A DNA stretch of 64,000 bases from Acidobacteriota bacterium (GTDB taxonomy: Bacteria; Acidobacteriota; Polarisedimenticolia; JBFMGF01), in contig JBFMGF010000035.1 in the NCBI GenBank assembly GCA_040752675.1, forward strand, positions 9,852 through 73,851, in the 5' to 3' direction. The notes below the pieces were generated by a model. The model was not told the origin of the DNA and did not search any database. It saw only the letters and a program-made list of their open reading frames with translations. The position numbers were made by a program, and so were the translations under genes. How positions within the stretch are numbered: position 1 is the stretch's first letter; every line of letters starts with the position of its first letter. Shown here piece after piece: positions 1-9,616 of the stretch.

Positions 1-779
1 ACATCTTCAGTGGAGAAGAGAAGACAAGATCCCCCGGAATACTGAAACTGTCCCGTTTCCGGCACGTTCAAGATCTTTTGGATGAACTCCAGTCTCGTCC
101 CGGCCAGTTGAATGTGACCCTGAAGATATTTGCTCAGATCCCCGAATTCGAACCAGAATCCCTGGTGTTCAAAGGCTTTAATGGGAAGCCGCTTCTCCAT
201 GGCATCTCTGTAAGTATCTCTGATGATGTCCAGCCTTTCCCCTTCGGGTATCCGATCGAGGATCTCCGGCTCCAGGATGTGGATCCCGCAGAAGATGTGA
301 TCTCCCTTCCCTTCGGCAATCGCACGGACATTCCACTCTTCATCGATGAGGAGCCTGGAATACCCGTCGGTCGTCGATCTCATCACGACTAGCGTGGCAA
401 GGGCACCGTAGCTTTCATGATGCTCAATGGCTTTCTCCAGGTTGACATCGGAGATGAAATCACTGTTGAGAAGGATGAATCTCTTTCCATCGAAGAATTT
501 CTCGATCTTCCTGACTCCTCCTGCCGTTCCGAGAATCCTCTCTTCATGAGAATAACTGATACTGATGTTCAGATCAGATCCATCCTTCAGGATGGAACGG
601 ATGGAATCGGGTCTATGATGGAGATTCACGGCGACCTCATTGATACCGAATCGCTTCAAATACTCTGCCGCATGGACAATGAACGGTCTGTTGAAGAGGG
701 GCAGGGAAGATTTTGCCCTCATGAACGTCAGGGGACGCATCCTTTCCCCTAATCCCGCTGCCAGGATCATTCCCTTCAT
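1..779 (-). CDS. Sugar-phosphate nucleotidyltransferase (NTP_transferase family); partial, 3' end beyond the window edge
   Basis: Reverse-complement of 661..779 reads MKGMILAAGLGERMRPLTFMRAKSSLPLFNRPFIVHAAEY, the GxGxR / K-x-LP N-terminal signature of RmlA/GalU-type nucleotidyltransferases. The frame is open to the window edge, which is why it is absent from the ORF track. The + strand ORFs 78..392 and 417..752 are its antisense shadows. Confidence 0.6.
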   Translation of the reverse strand, partial: MKGMILAAGLGERMRPLTFMRAKSSLPLFNRPFIVHAAEYLKRFGINEVAVNLHHRPDSIRSILKDGSDLNISISYSHEERILGTAGGVRKIEKFFDGKRFILLNSDFISDVNLEKAIEHHESYGALATLVVMRSTTDGYSRLLIDEEWNVRAIAEGKGDHIFCGIHILEPEILDRIPEGERLDIIRDTYRDAMEKRLPIKAFEHQGFWFEFGDLSKYLQGHIQLAGTRLEFIQKILNVPETGQFQYSGGSCLLFSTED

Positions 780-1390
780 TTCCTGGTTCCTTCCGGAAAG
801 AGCAAGTCGGACGCGGGGAGTCCTCTCTCTCTCAGATACGCTAGATGAAATGTACGATAGCTGACGTTGATGTAGTCCGCTTTGGAGAATCCGAGAGAAC
901 GCGCTGCGGAGTCGATCTCTTCTTCGCTTCCTTCCAGCTCGATGAAGTCGCCGATGGGTGTCCTGTCGATCGAAACATGCAGGTTACCCCATAAGTATTC
1001 CGCCCTGTATTTCTGGTATCTGTAAACGGCCTTAAGATTCAGAGATTTCAGAATGGCTATTAGCGTTTGAGAATCGCTTACTCTTGTTTCGATCTCGGAA
1101 CGTATCTTGTAGGCTGATCCTTCATCTCGCTTCTCCTTCTTCTTCATGGTTAGCGTGCATTCCCCGGCATACTCCCTGATCCGCAAAACGATACCTTTCT
1201 CTTGCAAAGAAAGATCACGGTAATCGAAAAGGAGATTATCTTCAAAGAAAAGGTCTTTTTCCCGGATACCGCCCATTTTCTCGATTTCTTCCATGGCTCT
1301 TTCGGCATCGTCGATCTTCAACTTGATCTCTATCTCTTTCCGGAACATCTTCCATGCCTCTCTCAAAGTTCCTGAAGCTGTCGCGTTCAA
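776..1390 (-). CDS. CYTH-domain protein (CyaB/thiamine-triphosphatase-like triphosphate tunnel metalloenzyme)
   Basis: EIEIKLKI (ExExK) hallmark near the N-terminus and size typical of the CYTH fold. The stop overlaps the start of the downstream nucleotidyltransferase by 4 bp. The true start is probably the internal Met of MFRKEIEIKLKI. Confidence 0.55.
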   Translation of the reverse strand: MNATASGTLREAWKMFRKEIEIKLKIDDAERAMEEIEKMGGIREKDLFFEDNLLFDYRDLSLQEKGIVLRIREYAGECTLTMKKKEKRDEGSAYKIRSEIETRVSDSQTLIAILKSLNLKAVYRYQKYRAEYLWGNLHVSIDRTPIGDFIELEGSEEEIDSAARSLGFSKADYINVSYRTFHLAYLRERGLPASDLLFPEGTRK

Positions 1391-1491
1391 ACTATCCAGT
1401 ACTTATCTTAATACAAAGAGCAACTTCCTGAGAGAAAATCTTTTTAAACGAATCATTTTGTGCTATAAAATTGCCCTTTTTTGAAAAGATA

Positions 1492-1520
1492 TTGAAAAAA
1501 ATCGATAAGGCTGTATAAAT
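1492..1520 (+). promoter_or_regulatory. Putative sigma-70 promoter for the KAS II-lnt operon (TTGAAA-16 nt-TATAAAT)
   Basis: TTGAAA at 1492..1497 and TATAAAT at 1514..1520 with a 16-nt spacer. It lies about 30 nt upstream of a G-rich RBS and the ATG at 1552. Confidence 0.4.
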
Positions 1521-1551
1521 AAGAGCGGACAAGCTTTTAGCCAGGGGGGGT

Positions 1552-2847
1552 ATGTCAATTCGAGTCGTCATAACGGGGCTGGGGATCATCTCTTCGATAG
1601 GGATTGGAAAAGATGAATTCTGGATGAACTCGCTTGCCGGAAAGTCCGGCGGGAAAAAGCTTGATTACCCCTGGATGAACGGGAATGTCTTTTACACCCA
1701 TATCGGAGCACCGGTTACCAATTTCAACCCGATCGATTTCAGCATTCTGGACAAGGAAATCAGCATCATCGATAAAGTCTCCGCGTTTGCGCTTGCAGCA
1801 GCTTATATGGCTCTTCTGGATGCCGGATTGCGACCAATGCTTTACGACGCCAAGAAGAGTTTCAACAGGATCGAAGGGATTGATCCGGAAAGGCTGGCTG
1901 TTGTCGTAGGCTCCGGGATCGGAGGGTTAACCACGACAGAGATCAGTCATGGACAGTGGAAAATGAATGCCAGCAGGAAGGGGGTCAAAAGGTATTCTCT
2001 GCCGATGCTGATCCCGAATGCACCTGCAGCACAGGTCGCCATGAAGTACCAGGCAAAGGCAGAATGCAAAGCGATCTCCACTGCCTGCGCTGCAGGCACA
2101 ATGGCCATCGGCGATGCTTACAAATTGATTAAAGCTGGCGAGGCAGATTATGCTCTCGCTGGAGGAGCAGAGGCCGCATTAAGTGATAACGATGGCTACG
2201 GGTTGATGGGTTTTGACCTCCTGAGCACGATGTCCACAAGGAACGATGATCCGGAACACGCCAGCCGTCCCTTCGATAAGAACCGGGACGGGTTCGTTCT
2301 GAGTGAGGGAGCCTCCATCCTTGTACTCGAGAGGCTGGAGAACGCCCTCGCGAGAGGTACCGGTATCTATGCGGAGATCATAGGATACGAGACTAACTGC
2401 GATGCTTATAGCATGATGATGCTGGAGCCGAACGCATCTCAGATCATAAGGTTGATGAAGAATCTCATCGGCAGGAACGGAGTCTCCATCGACGACATTG
2501 ATTACATCAATGCTCACGGTACATCCACGGTCCTCAACGACAAGATCGAGACATTAGCCATCAAAGAGGTTTTTGGTAAAAAGGCTCACGACCTGATTGT
2601 CACTTCCACGAAATCTATGACGGGGCATGCCATAGCAGCCTCTGGAGCCATCGAGGCCGCATCCACGGCTTTGACTATCAAGCATGGGAAGATTCCTCCG
2701 ACCATCAACTACGAGACACCCGATCCGGAGTGTGACCTGAACTATCTGCCCAACAGGGCGGCCGATAAGGAAGTGAGAGTGGCACTCAGCAATTCCTATG
2801 GATTCGGCGGCCATAACGCAAGCCTTCTCATAAAGAAATTCGAATGA
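1552..2847 (+). CDS. Beta-ketoacyl-[acyl-carrier-protein] synthase II (FabF family) paralog
   Basis: Catalytic Cys in ISTACAAG, His in YINAHGTST and His in STKSMTGH; C-terminal NSYGFGGHNASLL. Collinear with FabF along its full length, and not embedded in a fab cluster. Confidence 0.85.
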   Translation: MSIRVVITGLGIISSIGIGKDEFWMNSLAGKSGGKKLDYPWMNGNVFYTHIGAPVTNFNPIDFSILDKEISIIDKVSAFALAAAYMALLDAGLRPMLYDAKKSFNRIEGIDPERLAVVVGSGIGGLTTTEISHGQWKMNASRKGVKRYSLPMLIPNAPAAQVAMKYQAKAECKAISTACAAGTMAIGDAYKLIKAGEADYALAGGAEAALSDNDGYGLMGFDLLSTMSTRNDDPEHASRPFDKNRDGFVLSEGASILVLERLENALARGTGIYAEIIGYETNCDAYSMMMLEPNASQIIRLMKNLIGRNGVSIDDIDYINAHGTSTVLNDKIETLAIKEVFGKKAHDLIVTSTKSMTGHAIAASGAIEAASTALTIKHGKIPPTINYETPDPECDLNYLPNRAADKEVRVALSNSYGFGGHNASLLIKKFE

Positions 2848-4484
2848 AATCTAGAAGGAAAGAAGCATCCTTCAGAAGAAATAGCTCCTTTTTCTTGCAG
2901 AAGAGGTATTATCTCCCGCTCCTATCCGCGATCCTTCTGGCGGCTTCACTGATACCATACCATCTGCTGGTAACGAATTTTCTCTTCCTCATCCCGTTAT
3001 TTTTCTTCATAAAGCGGCTGGATGACTGGAGGGATGCCATGAAAGGGGGACTCTGGTTTGGCGTTCCCCTTTACCTGATCAGCGCGTACTGGTTCTATGC
3101 CCTGATAAGGATATCTTATTTTACAATCTTGATCTACCTGGCTGTCGTCGTCTATTTTTCAATCTTCATGACATTATTCGTCCTGATTTCCTATCAGTTC
3201 CATAGAAGATGGGGCATTCGCTTTTTCCTGTTCGCCCCCTTCCTCTGGATCATCCTGGAACATGTGAGGACGTTCGGTCCCTTTAAATTAACTGTCGACC
3301 ATCTTTCCAATTCCATGGCCATCTATCCCTATCTTATCCAGTTCATCGATCTCACAGGTCCCTACGGACTCACATTCTGGCTGATCCTGAGCAACGCCCT
3401 GATCTTCGAAGCAGTCCATTCCTTCCAGGCAAGCAAGAGATTCTTCGTCTATTCGGTTATCGTCCTGCTTGTCATCCTGCTGCCATCGGTTTACAGCTTG
3501 CATTTATGGAAGTCTCTGAAGTTCGAGCATGATCTAAAAGTCTCCCTGATCCAGCCGAATATCCCGCTGGAAAAAAAACTGAATAGAGAGTTTGCATCGG
3601 AGAACATGGAGACCATACAATCCATCGTCTCCCAGGCCGTCAGGCAGAAGCCCGACATCCTCATCTGGCCAGAGACGTCGTTTCCTTTCACGGTGCAGCA
3701 CTGGATCAAGAGATCCCCTGCACCGTCCCTGCCCGAGATCTCGGCGTTAGCCCAGTACTCTTACACACCAATGCTCGTGGGAGCGGAATATGCCAGGATC
3801 AGGACAAAGGAAGATTATGACATCTACAATGCGGCACTGCTGATGGATTCAGGGGGAAGGATCCTGGACTTCTACGGGAAAGTGTATCTCGTCCCCTTCG
3901 TGGAGGGGATTCCGTTCAAAGAACTTCTCGGAGTGAAGAGGCTGGGGAGGAAGGGATTTCTGTCTCAACTTGGGGGCTTTACTCCGGGAGAGAAGCTAAC
4001 CGTCTTTGAATTCGAGAAGAGGAAGCCGCAATTCATGCAACCGGAGCAGCAGAAAGGGCAGTCTGAAGGAAAAGAGAAAGTGAAATTCGGAACCCTCATC
4101 TGCTACGAGGGGCTTTATCCGGAACTTGCAAGAAAGATGCGAAAGGGTGGGGCGAACTTCCTTGCATGCATAACTAACGATGCATGGTTCGGCGATACCC
4201 TCTTTCCCCGCTGGCATGCCAGGATACTACGTATGAGAGCAGTTGAGAACCGCATCTCAGTTGTGAGATGCGGTAATACCGGAATCTCCGGTTTTTGCGA
4301 CCCGGCCGGCAGGATGTATCAAACAACGGAGCTTTTCACGAAGGCGATTGTCTCCGGTCTCATTGCAACGACAAATCTGGACACCTTCTACTCGAGATAT
4401 GGAGATATCATTCTCTATCTTTCCTATCCCATCATCCTTCTCATAGCTTTTGCTGCAGTAATAAGGAAAAGACCTCATGCCTGA
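2844..4484 (+). CDS. lnt: Apolipoprotein N-acyltransferase (Lnt), copy 1
   Basis: Multi-TM N-terminus followed by a CN-hydrolase domain with WPETSFP (Glu), YGKVYLVPF (Lys) and LICYEGLYPE (Cys). The start overlaps the KAS II stop (ATGA). Confidence 0.8.
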   Translation: MKSRRKEASFRRNSSFFLQKRYYLPLLSAILLAASLIPYHLLVTNFLFLIPLFFFIKRLDDWRDAMKGGLWFGVPLYLISAYWFYALIRISYFTILIYLAVVVYFSIFMTLFVLISYQFHRRWGIRFFLFAPFLWIILEHVRTFGPFKLTVDHLSNSMAIYPYLIQFIDLTGPYGLTFWLILSNALIFEAVHSFQASKRFFVYSVIVLLVILLPSVYSLHLWKSLKFEHDLKVSLIQPNIPLEKKLNREFASENMETIQSIVSQAVRQKPDILIWPETSFPFTVQHWIKRSPAPSLPEISALAQYSYTPMLVGAEYARIRTKEDYDIYNAALLMDSGGRILDFYGKVYLVPFVEGIPFKELLGVKRLGRKGFLSQLGGFTPGEKLTVFEFEKRKPQFMQPEQQKGQSEGKEKVKFGTLICYEGLYPELARKMRKGGANFLACITNDAWFGDTLFPRWHARILRMRAVENRISVVRCGNTGISGFCDPAGRMYQTTELFTKAIVSGLIATTNLDTFYSRYGDIILYLSYPIILLIAFAAVIRKRPHA

Positions 4485-4535
4485 CATGTTTTGTATTGGT
4501 GATGATTGCGATGCAGGCAAGATCTCCATGACGCC

Positions 4536-6848
4536 TTATTTATCGAAGTGGCCGATGGGACCATTGCTTCCGTCCGTACCGCCTGCCACGATGAGAAAAT
4601 AGCTGAACGGCGTATCCTGCAGAACAACTTGCGTCTCGGTGGTTCTCGCTTCCGGGTTTCGAACAAACCAAACCCAGGAATCCGGCCTGTCGGCTCCATA
4701 GATCCTGTATTCACTGAAGCAACCGTCAGATACAGGGTCCCATGAAAGCTGAAGGTATTCTTCCGGAGTCTTTGTGGCCGTGAGGTTCGTAACTTCCGTC
4801 GTTGCCTTGCATCCCGATGGATTTCCCGTGACAACGGGCAACTCTATGTAGGAAGCATAGGTCTGAGAATGGTAGATCTTCGTATTGGCAGGTTGAGTGT
4901 AGGTATGCTTTCTGAAAGGTTCTCCAGTGTTGGGATTCGGATCGAAGCGGGGATCGTTTGAAGAGGAGATGTTCACTCGGATCCTGTGACCAGCATCGAA
5001 GACGAGGCTCGTTGACCAGAGGTCGACGACCAGCTCATAAACGTTGCCAGGCGTGAGAAGGTTTTCCCCCTCGAACGTCTGGTAGTGCCTGGCTCGAAGA
5101 ACCCCGTCCAGGACAAGCATGGAACTTCCATCATTATATACATCTGTCAGCCATACGTTGAGATCTGTATCAGGAACATCCGTCTCGATGAAGATATGAG
5201 CCTTGATGTTCCCGCTGACTTCCAGCGGTGCCGTGAGAGCGTCCGTCGTGTAGGAGAGCATGTCGGCCCGGCTCTCGATGACTCTCTGATCGTACGGTCC
5301 AGCCTCTTCATAGAGATTAGCGCCCCCTTCTGTCGGCACCGGATCGAGTGGATCATAGGTGAAGGAGTCGGAGCCTTCCGTCTTGGTTGGCGGCGTAATA
5401 GAGAGATTTGCATTCCGCCGCAGGTAATATTTCGTCGGAGTCGATGCAAGCGGCCATGAGGCGGTAGTGCGCCATATGTTTCCAGGAGCCGATGAATAGA
5501 GCCCAGCTTCGCCCATGAGATAGTTCCTGGCCGGCGGTTCATCCATGATCCCGGTGTCAATGTCCTTGAGCCAGAAGTCGAAGAACCCATGCTGCATCTC
5601 GTTGACCTGATGGTCGTAAGCGGTCATTGGATAGATTAGCTGACCGGCAAGATTGGTCCCCATGGTGCCATGCGTGTTTGGATGCATGATGAGCCTCTGG
5701 TTCCAGCGGCCTCCTCGTCCGGCTCCTTCCTGGAGCTTCACGAACCCATCGATCGAACCCTGATCGAAGATGTCGTACCAGCCTCCCTGGTGGAAGATCG
5801 GAACACGGACATTACCGGTGATCTCAAAGAGGTTTCGCTGCTTCCAGTAGTCGTCGTAATTTGGATGTTCTTTGTAGACATCCTTCATGTAAGAGGCTCC
5901 CTGAGCATCGAGCCAGTTGTCGACGAGTTCTTTTCTGTAGGAACCGCCCTGGAAAGTCATGTGCTGGTAAGGGTCGGGTGCCCCGACGGTGGCCCAGACG
6001 CAATCAAGACTTGGTGGCGCGGCGCCGGCGGCGCAGTAACCTGTAATGCCCCGGGCGGATCCGCCAAACATCCCTATCTTCCCATTCCAGCACCAGGGTT
6101 GAACTGCGATCCACTCGATTGTGTCATATCCATCCTGATTCTCACCCCAGCCATCGTCTTCAAAGGGCTTGTATTCACCCTCAGAAGCGTACCGCCCCCT
6201 CACGTCCTGAACGACGATGGCGTAGTCATCTGGAAGAAAGAGGCTTCGGGCATTGTTTCCACTTCCATCGCTATCCTTATTATATGGAGTTCTCACGAGG
6301 ACGACTGGCCAGGAGCCGTTCCTCACCGGTCTGCTGAGATCGGTTGCCAGATGCGTCACGCCGTCTCGCATCAGGACCATGAATGTCTGCTTATTGGAGT
6401 CGAGCTGGAAATCGATCCCGGATGGGTTCATTCTTGCATCTATTATCGTGATATCAGCCCTCTGGGCGTCGGAGTACGTAGGCGACCATCGCGACGTTTC
6501 GATGTTATCGTAGAGCTCGTTGTAATGGAGAAGGCTTCTTGAGAATACGATCACCCTGTCCAGCCCGGGAGTGCCATCGGGAACGCTTATTGAATAATAG
6601 CCGTTGCTGTCAGTATCGTCCATGTATTCAACAGGGATCCTGTCATCCGGTTTCCCTGTTCCAATGTAGTCAAGCCTGCTCAATCCGACGGACTGGCTTG
6701 AAATCGAGTTCCCGGACTGGTTCGTCAATCTGCCACTTACAGTTGCAGCAGAGATAATAGAGGGAAGGCATAGAATCGTTAAGATAGAGATTAAAATAAC
6801 AAAAGTGATCAAAAAACCAGAACTTTCTGATTGCTTATTGTCATTCAT
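4536..6848 (-). CDS. Secreted CocE/NonD-family (S15 X-Pro dipeptidyl-peptidase-like) hydrolase with N-terminal carboxypeptidase-regulatory-like and C-terminal FN3-like domains
   Basis: Signal anchor; GMFGGSARG nucleophile elbow that aligns with CocE GMFGVSYLG; LVRTPYNKD and HQGGWYD segments typical of CocE/NonD; C-terminal FN3-like repeat. Confidence 0.6.
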   Translation of the reverse strand: MNDNKQSESSGFLITFVILISILTILCLPSIISAATVSGRLTNQSGNSISSQSVGLSRLDYIGTGKPDDRIPVEYMDDTDSNGYYSISVPDGTPGLDRVIVFSRSLLHYNELYDNIETSRWSPTYSDAQRADITIIDARMNPSGIDFQLDSNKQTFMVLMRDGVTHLATDLSRPVRNGSWPVVLVRTPYNKDSDGSGNNARSLFLPDDYAIVVQDVRGRYASEGEYKPFEDDGWGENQDGYDTIEWIAVQPWCWNGKIGMFGGSARGITGYCAAGAAPPSLDCVWATVGAPDPYQHMTFQGGSYRKELVDNWLDAQGASYMKDVYKEHPNYDDYWKQRNLFEITGNVRVPIFHQGGWYDIFDQGSIDGFVKLQEGAGRGGRWNQRLIMHPNTHGTMGTNLAGQLIYPMTAYDHQVNEMQHGFFDFWLKDIDTGIMDEPPARNYLMGEAGLYSSAPGNIWRTTASWPLASTPTKYYLRRNANLSITPPTKTEGSDSFTYDPLDPVPTEGGANLYEEAGPYDQRVIESRADMLSYTTDALTAPLEVSGNIKAHIFIETDVPDTDLNVWLTDVYNDGSSMLVLDGVLRARHYQTFEGENLLTPGNVYELVVDLWSTSLVFDAGHRIRVNISSSNDPRFDPNPNTGEPFRKHTYTQPANTKIYHSQTYASYIELPVVTGNPSGCKATTEVTNLTATKTPEEYLQLSWDPVSDGCFSEYRIYGADRPDSWVWFVRNPEARTTETQVVLQDTPFSYFLIVAGGTDGSNGPIGHFDK

Positions 6849-7094
6849 GATTTAGCTCCAGCCAGAGGTCATCTGATGCCTTGTTTTCTTTGATTATACG
6901 TCCAAGTCGCCATAAATCAATCTTCAAGTTCGGAAGAGCTTGCTGATATCATGTGCCGCAGAGATGTAAAGGAAGAAATATGACGACAGATGGCAGACGA
7001 TGGGATACTCGGAACAATCCTGTCCTTACAGAAAAAGCTTTCCATGATCGTGACGTGTGTAATTCAATTCTGGAGATGAGAAAAGGAATCACGG

Positions 7095-9527
7095 TCACCT
7101 CTTGACTTTTCTTGCGAGCAGGCCGGCCTTCTCGATCTGCTTCTCAAGCTCGCTGAAATTCCCCGTCCTGAGGTAGACTCTTCCGAGATAAAGCGTTATG
7201 GTAGAGTTATCCGGAGCCAGGCTTTCCGCCTCTTTGAACCTTCTTTCCGCTTCCGAGTAATTTCTCTGATAGAACGCCGCAAGGCCGAGAAGAAGATGGT
7301 ATTCTGCGTTGGACTGATTTATGTCAAGCAACTTCACGGCGATCTCCTGACCTCTGGCAAAATTCCGGTTTAGCAATTCTGCCCGGGCAAGGAATTTCAA
7401 CACAAGTTCGTTCTCGCCAAAGCGGGATACATATTCCTGAAGGATCGCCAGAGCCTTTTTCGCATTTCCCTGGTTGATGAACATGTCGGACATCTTCATG
7501 TAGGCCACCATGTAATCGTTCTTTTGCTCTATGGCCCGCCTGTAGCTCTTCTCGGCTTCTCCGTAATCTGCCAGAGCTTCCTGGAAAAACCCATGGTAGA
7601 AATGAAGCTCGGGGTTATCCGCGCCTCTGGACTTAAGTTTGCGAAAGAACTCTTCGCCGACCTCATTGAGTTCGAACGTGCTGAACGTCTGGGCAATGAA
7701 AGGGTAAGCCTTGCTGGCATCGGGGTTCATCCTGGTCACTTTGACGAACTCCTTGAAGGCATTGTTGGGATCGCCGGCATTTAGATATTCCTGAGCCTTC
7801 TCGATATGTGAGACGAAATCGTTATCTCTCTGGATTCCTTTCTGGCAGCAGACAAGCGGTGGACAGCTAATCAGAAGAACGGCCGGGATGACGAACAGCA
7901 GGATAACAAGCCATCTTTTTGAAGAGCGCTCTGAGGGGACAGAGGATTTCTTAATGGAGAGAAGGAGGAAGACGATGAGTGTGGCTATACAGGCGTAAGC
8001 AAAAAGATCTCCAGAGGTCGAGTAGAAGGTTCTGCTACGCTTGATGTGGACGACATCCTTGAGAATTCCCTGGACTTTGCCATATTCACCGCTCTTTCCC
8101 AGGACTGATTGCACCTCGCCGTAGGGATTGATGAAAGCCGTGATACCGGTGTTGCCATCCCTCAGAATGGAGATCTTGTTTTCGACGGCTCTCATTATCG
8201 AGATGTGTAGAATCTGCCGTTGGAAGTATTCCCTGGTCAATCCCTCACTCGTAATGTTAATGATGAAATCGGCTCCATTTCTCTTTGCCTCTCTCGTGAT
8301 TCCGGGAAAGATTGTCTCGTGGCATATCACTGTGGAGAATCTGCACTCCCTCCCACGGTATAGCAGCTTCATCGTAGATATTTCATCGCCTGGCTCAATG
8401 AACGGCTCCACGCCTGTTGCTCTACGTGCTATTCTTCTCACAGAAACCTGGGCATGTCTAGAGATCTTTCCCAGTACTCCATCCAGAGGTATATATTCCC
8501 CCCATGTGAAGAGTAAAACTTTCGAATAGCTGCTGAGAACTTCTCCCTCTCTGGAAATCAAGAAGGCAGAGTTTGTCTTCTTCCACTTCGTCTTTTGGGC
8601 CTGACCGTATCCTCCTAAAAGGATCTGTACATTCTTTCTTGAGGACAGCCATCTCAAATCATTGTGAATCGTTGGGTCCTTGTAGACTTCTCCCTTGATT
8701 GAGTATTCCGGCCAGACGATGAGGTCCACCTCGTCTTCCATCACTCCCTTTTCAGTAGCGAGCATCTGGTTCAGATACACTTCCGTGCTGTTGTCGATGA
8801 AATGAATAATGTTGGGCTGCAGGAGGGCGATGCGCGGCCCTTCTTCCCAGTTTTTATCTCTTATTCTGAAGAACCCATAGATCAATGCGGCAGAGAAAAG
8901 AACAACGAGGGCAAGAGCCGATAAAATGGTCTTCTTCCATGGAAAAAGCCTATCGAGTGCCGCTGCTCCTGCAGGTTCCTGCTTAAGGATTCTCCTTTCT
9001 CTACTTTTCATTCCTTCTATAATGAGTTCGGCTAAAAAACCATTGATTGCAGCAACAAGGAAGGAGACAATATAAACTCCGCCGATGTCGGCGATCTGAA
9101 TGAACCGGATATCCGGAGCAAAGTTATAGCCGAGAAGGAAGAAGACGAACTTCCCTATAGAGAAATGAACCCGGAACCACTCGAAAAAAACCCAAACAAC
9201 AGGAATGGAAAGGCATAGAGGAATATTTAGTTTTCTCACTCTCTTGAGGATAATCGGGAAGACGATGAAATAGGGGATATAGAAGAGAGAGATGAACGGA
9301 GGGATGTACATTCTGTAAATGAAACCTGTCCTGTAAGCAATGTTCGAGAAGAGAAAGACCCCGATGAGGATGGCAAAAATGGATGCCTTCTCATACCGAT
9401 CGTACAAAATGATCCATGGGATGATAGCTATGAAGGAGATGAATCGAAGAGAGTCATTTAAGCTTGGAAGAGCAAAAAGCAATCCAGATGCCAGGGATAG
9501 CGCAACGATGATTGAGGATTTTCTCAT
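7095..9527 (-). CDS. Apolipoprotein N-acyltransferase paralog (Lnt copy 2) fused to a C-terminal TPR-repeat domain
   Basis: Multi-TM N-terminus plus CN-hydrolase domain with WPEYSIKG, YSKVLLFTWGE and VICHETIFP (E-K-C triad intact). The C-terminal ~270 aa consist of TPR repeats. Confidence 0.65.
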   Translation of the reverse strand: MRKSSIIVALSLASGLLFALPSLNDSLRFISFIAIIPWIILYDRYEKASIFAILIGVFLFSNIAYRTGFIYRMYIPPFISLFYIPYFIVFPIILKRVRKLNIPLCLSIPVVWVFFEWFRVHFSIGKFVFFLLGYNFAPDIRFIQIADIGGVYIVSFLVAAINGFLAELIIEGMKSRERRILKQEPAGAAALDRLFPWKKTILSALALVVLFSAALIYGFFRIRDKNWEEGPRIALLQPNIIHFIDNSTEVYLNQMLATEKGVMEDEVDLIVWPEYSIKGEVYKDPTIHNDLRWLSSRKNVQILLGGYGQAQKTKWKKTNSAFLISREGEVLSSYSKVLLFTWGEYIPLDGVLGKISRHAQVSVRRIARRATGVEPFIEPGDEISTMKLLYRGRECRFSTVICHETIFPGITREAKRNGADFIINITSEGLTREYFQRQILHISIMRAVENKISILRDGNTGITAFINPYGEVQSVLGKSGEYGKVQGILKDVVHIKRSRTFYSTSGDLFAYACIATLIVFLLLSIKKSSVPSERSSKRWLVILLFVIPAVLLISCPPLVCCQKGIQRDNDFVSHIEKAQEYLNAGDPNNAFKEFVKVTRMNPDASKAYPFIAQTFSTFELNEVGEEFFRKLKSRGADNPELHFYHGFFQEALADYGEAEKSYRRAIEQKNDYMVAYMKMSDMFINQGNAKKALAILQEYVSRFGENELVLKFLARAELLNRNFARGQEIAVKLLDINQSNAEYHLLLGLAAFYQRNYSEAERRFKEAESLAPDNSTITLYLGRVYLRTGNFSELEKQIEKAGLLARKVKR

Positions 9528-9616
9528 AGGTTCCTATTAAAATATTCAAAGTATATTATAAGGTCAAATTATTTTTCAATTCACCAAATTTTCTTGTTTA
9601 CGGGAGAGAAGAATAT

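Noticed and set aside
78-752. Plus-strand ORFs 78..392 and 417..752
   Set aside because: They lie antisense to a minus-strand gene whose N-terminus (reverse-complement of 661..779) reads as a textbook nucleotidyltransferase start. The plus-strand translations have no recognisable motifs.
6849-7094. 41-aa + strand small ORF (MTTDGRRWDTRNNPVLTEKAF...) in the gap between the CocE/NonD and Lnt-TPR genes
   Set aside because: It has no RBS or recognisable features and is too short to support. The region is more likely the promoter/5' UTR of the minus-strand hydrolase gene.
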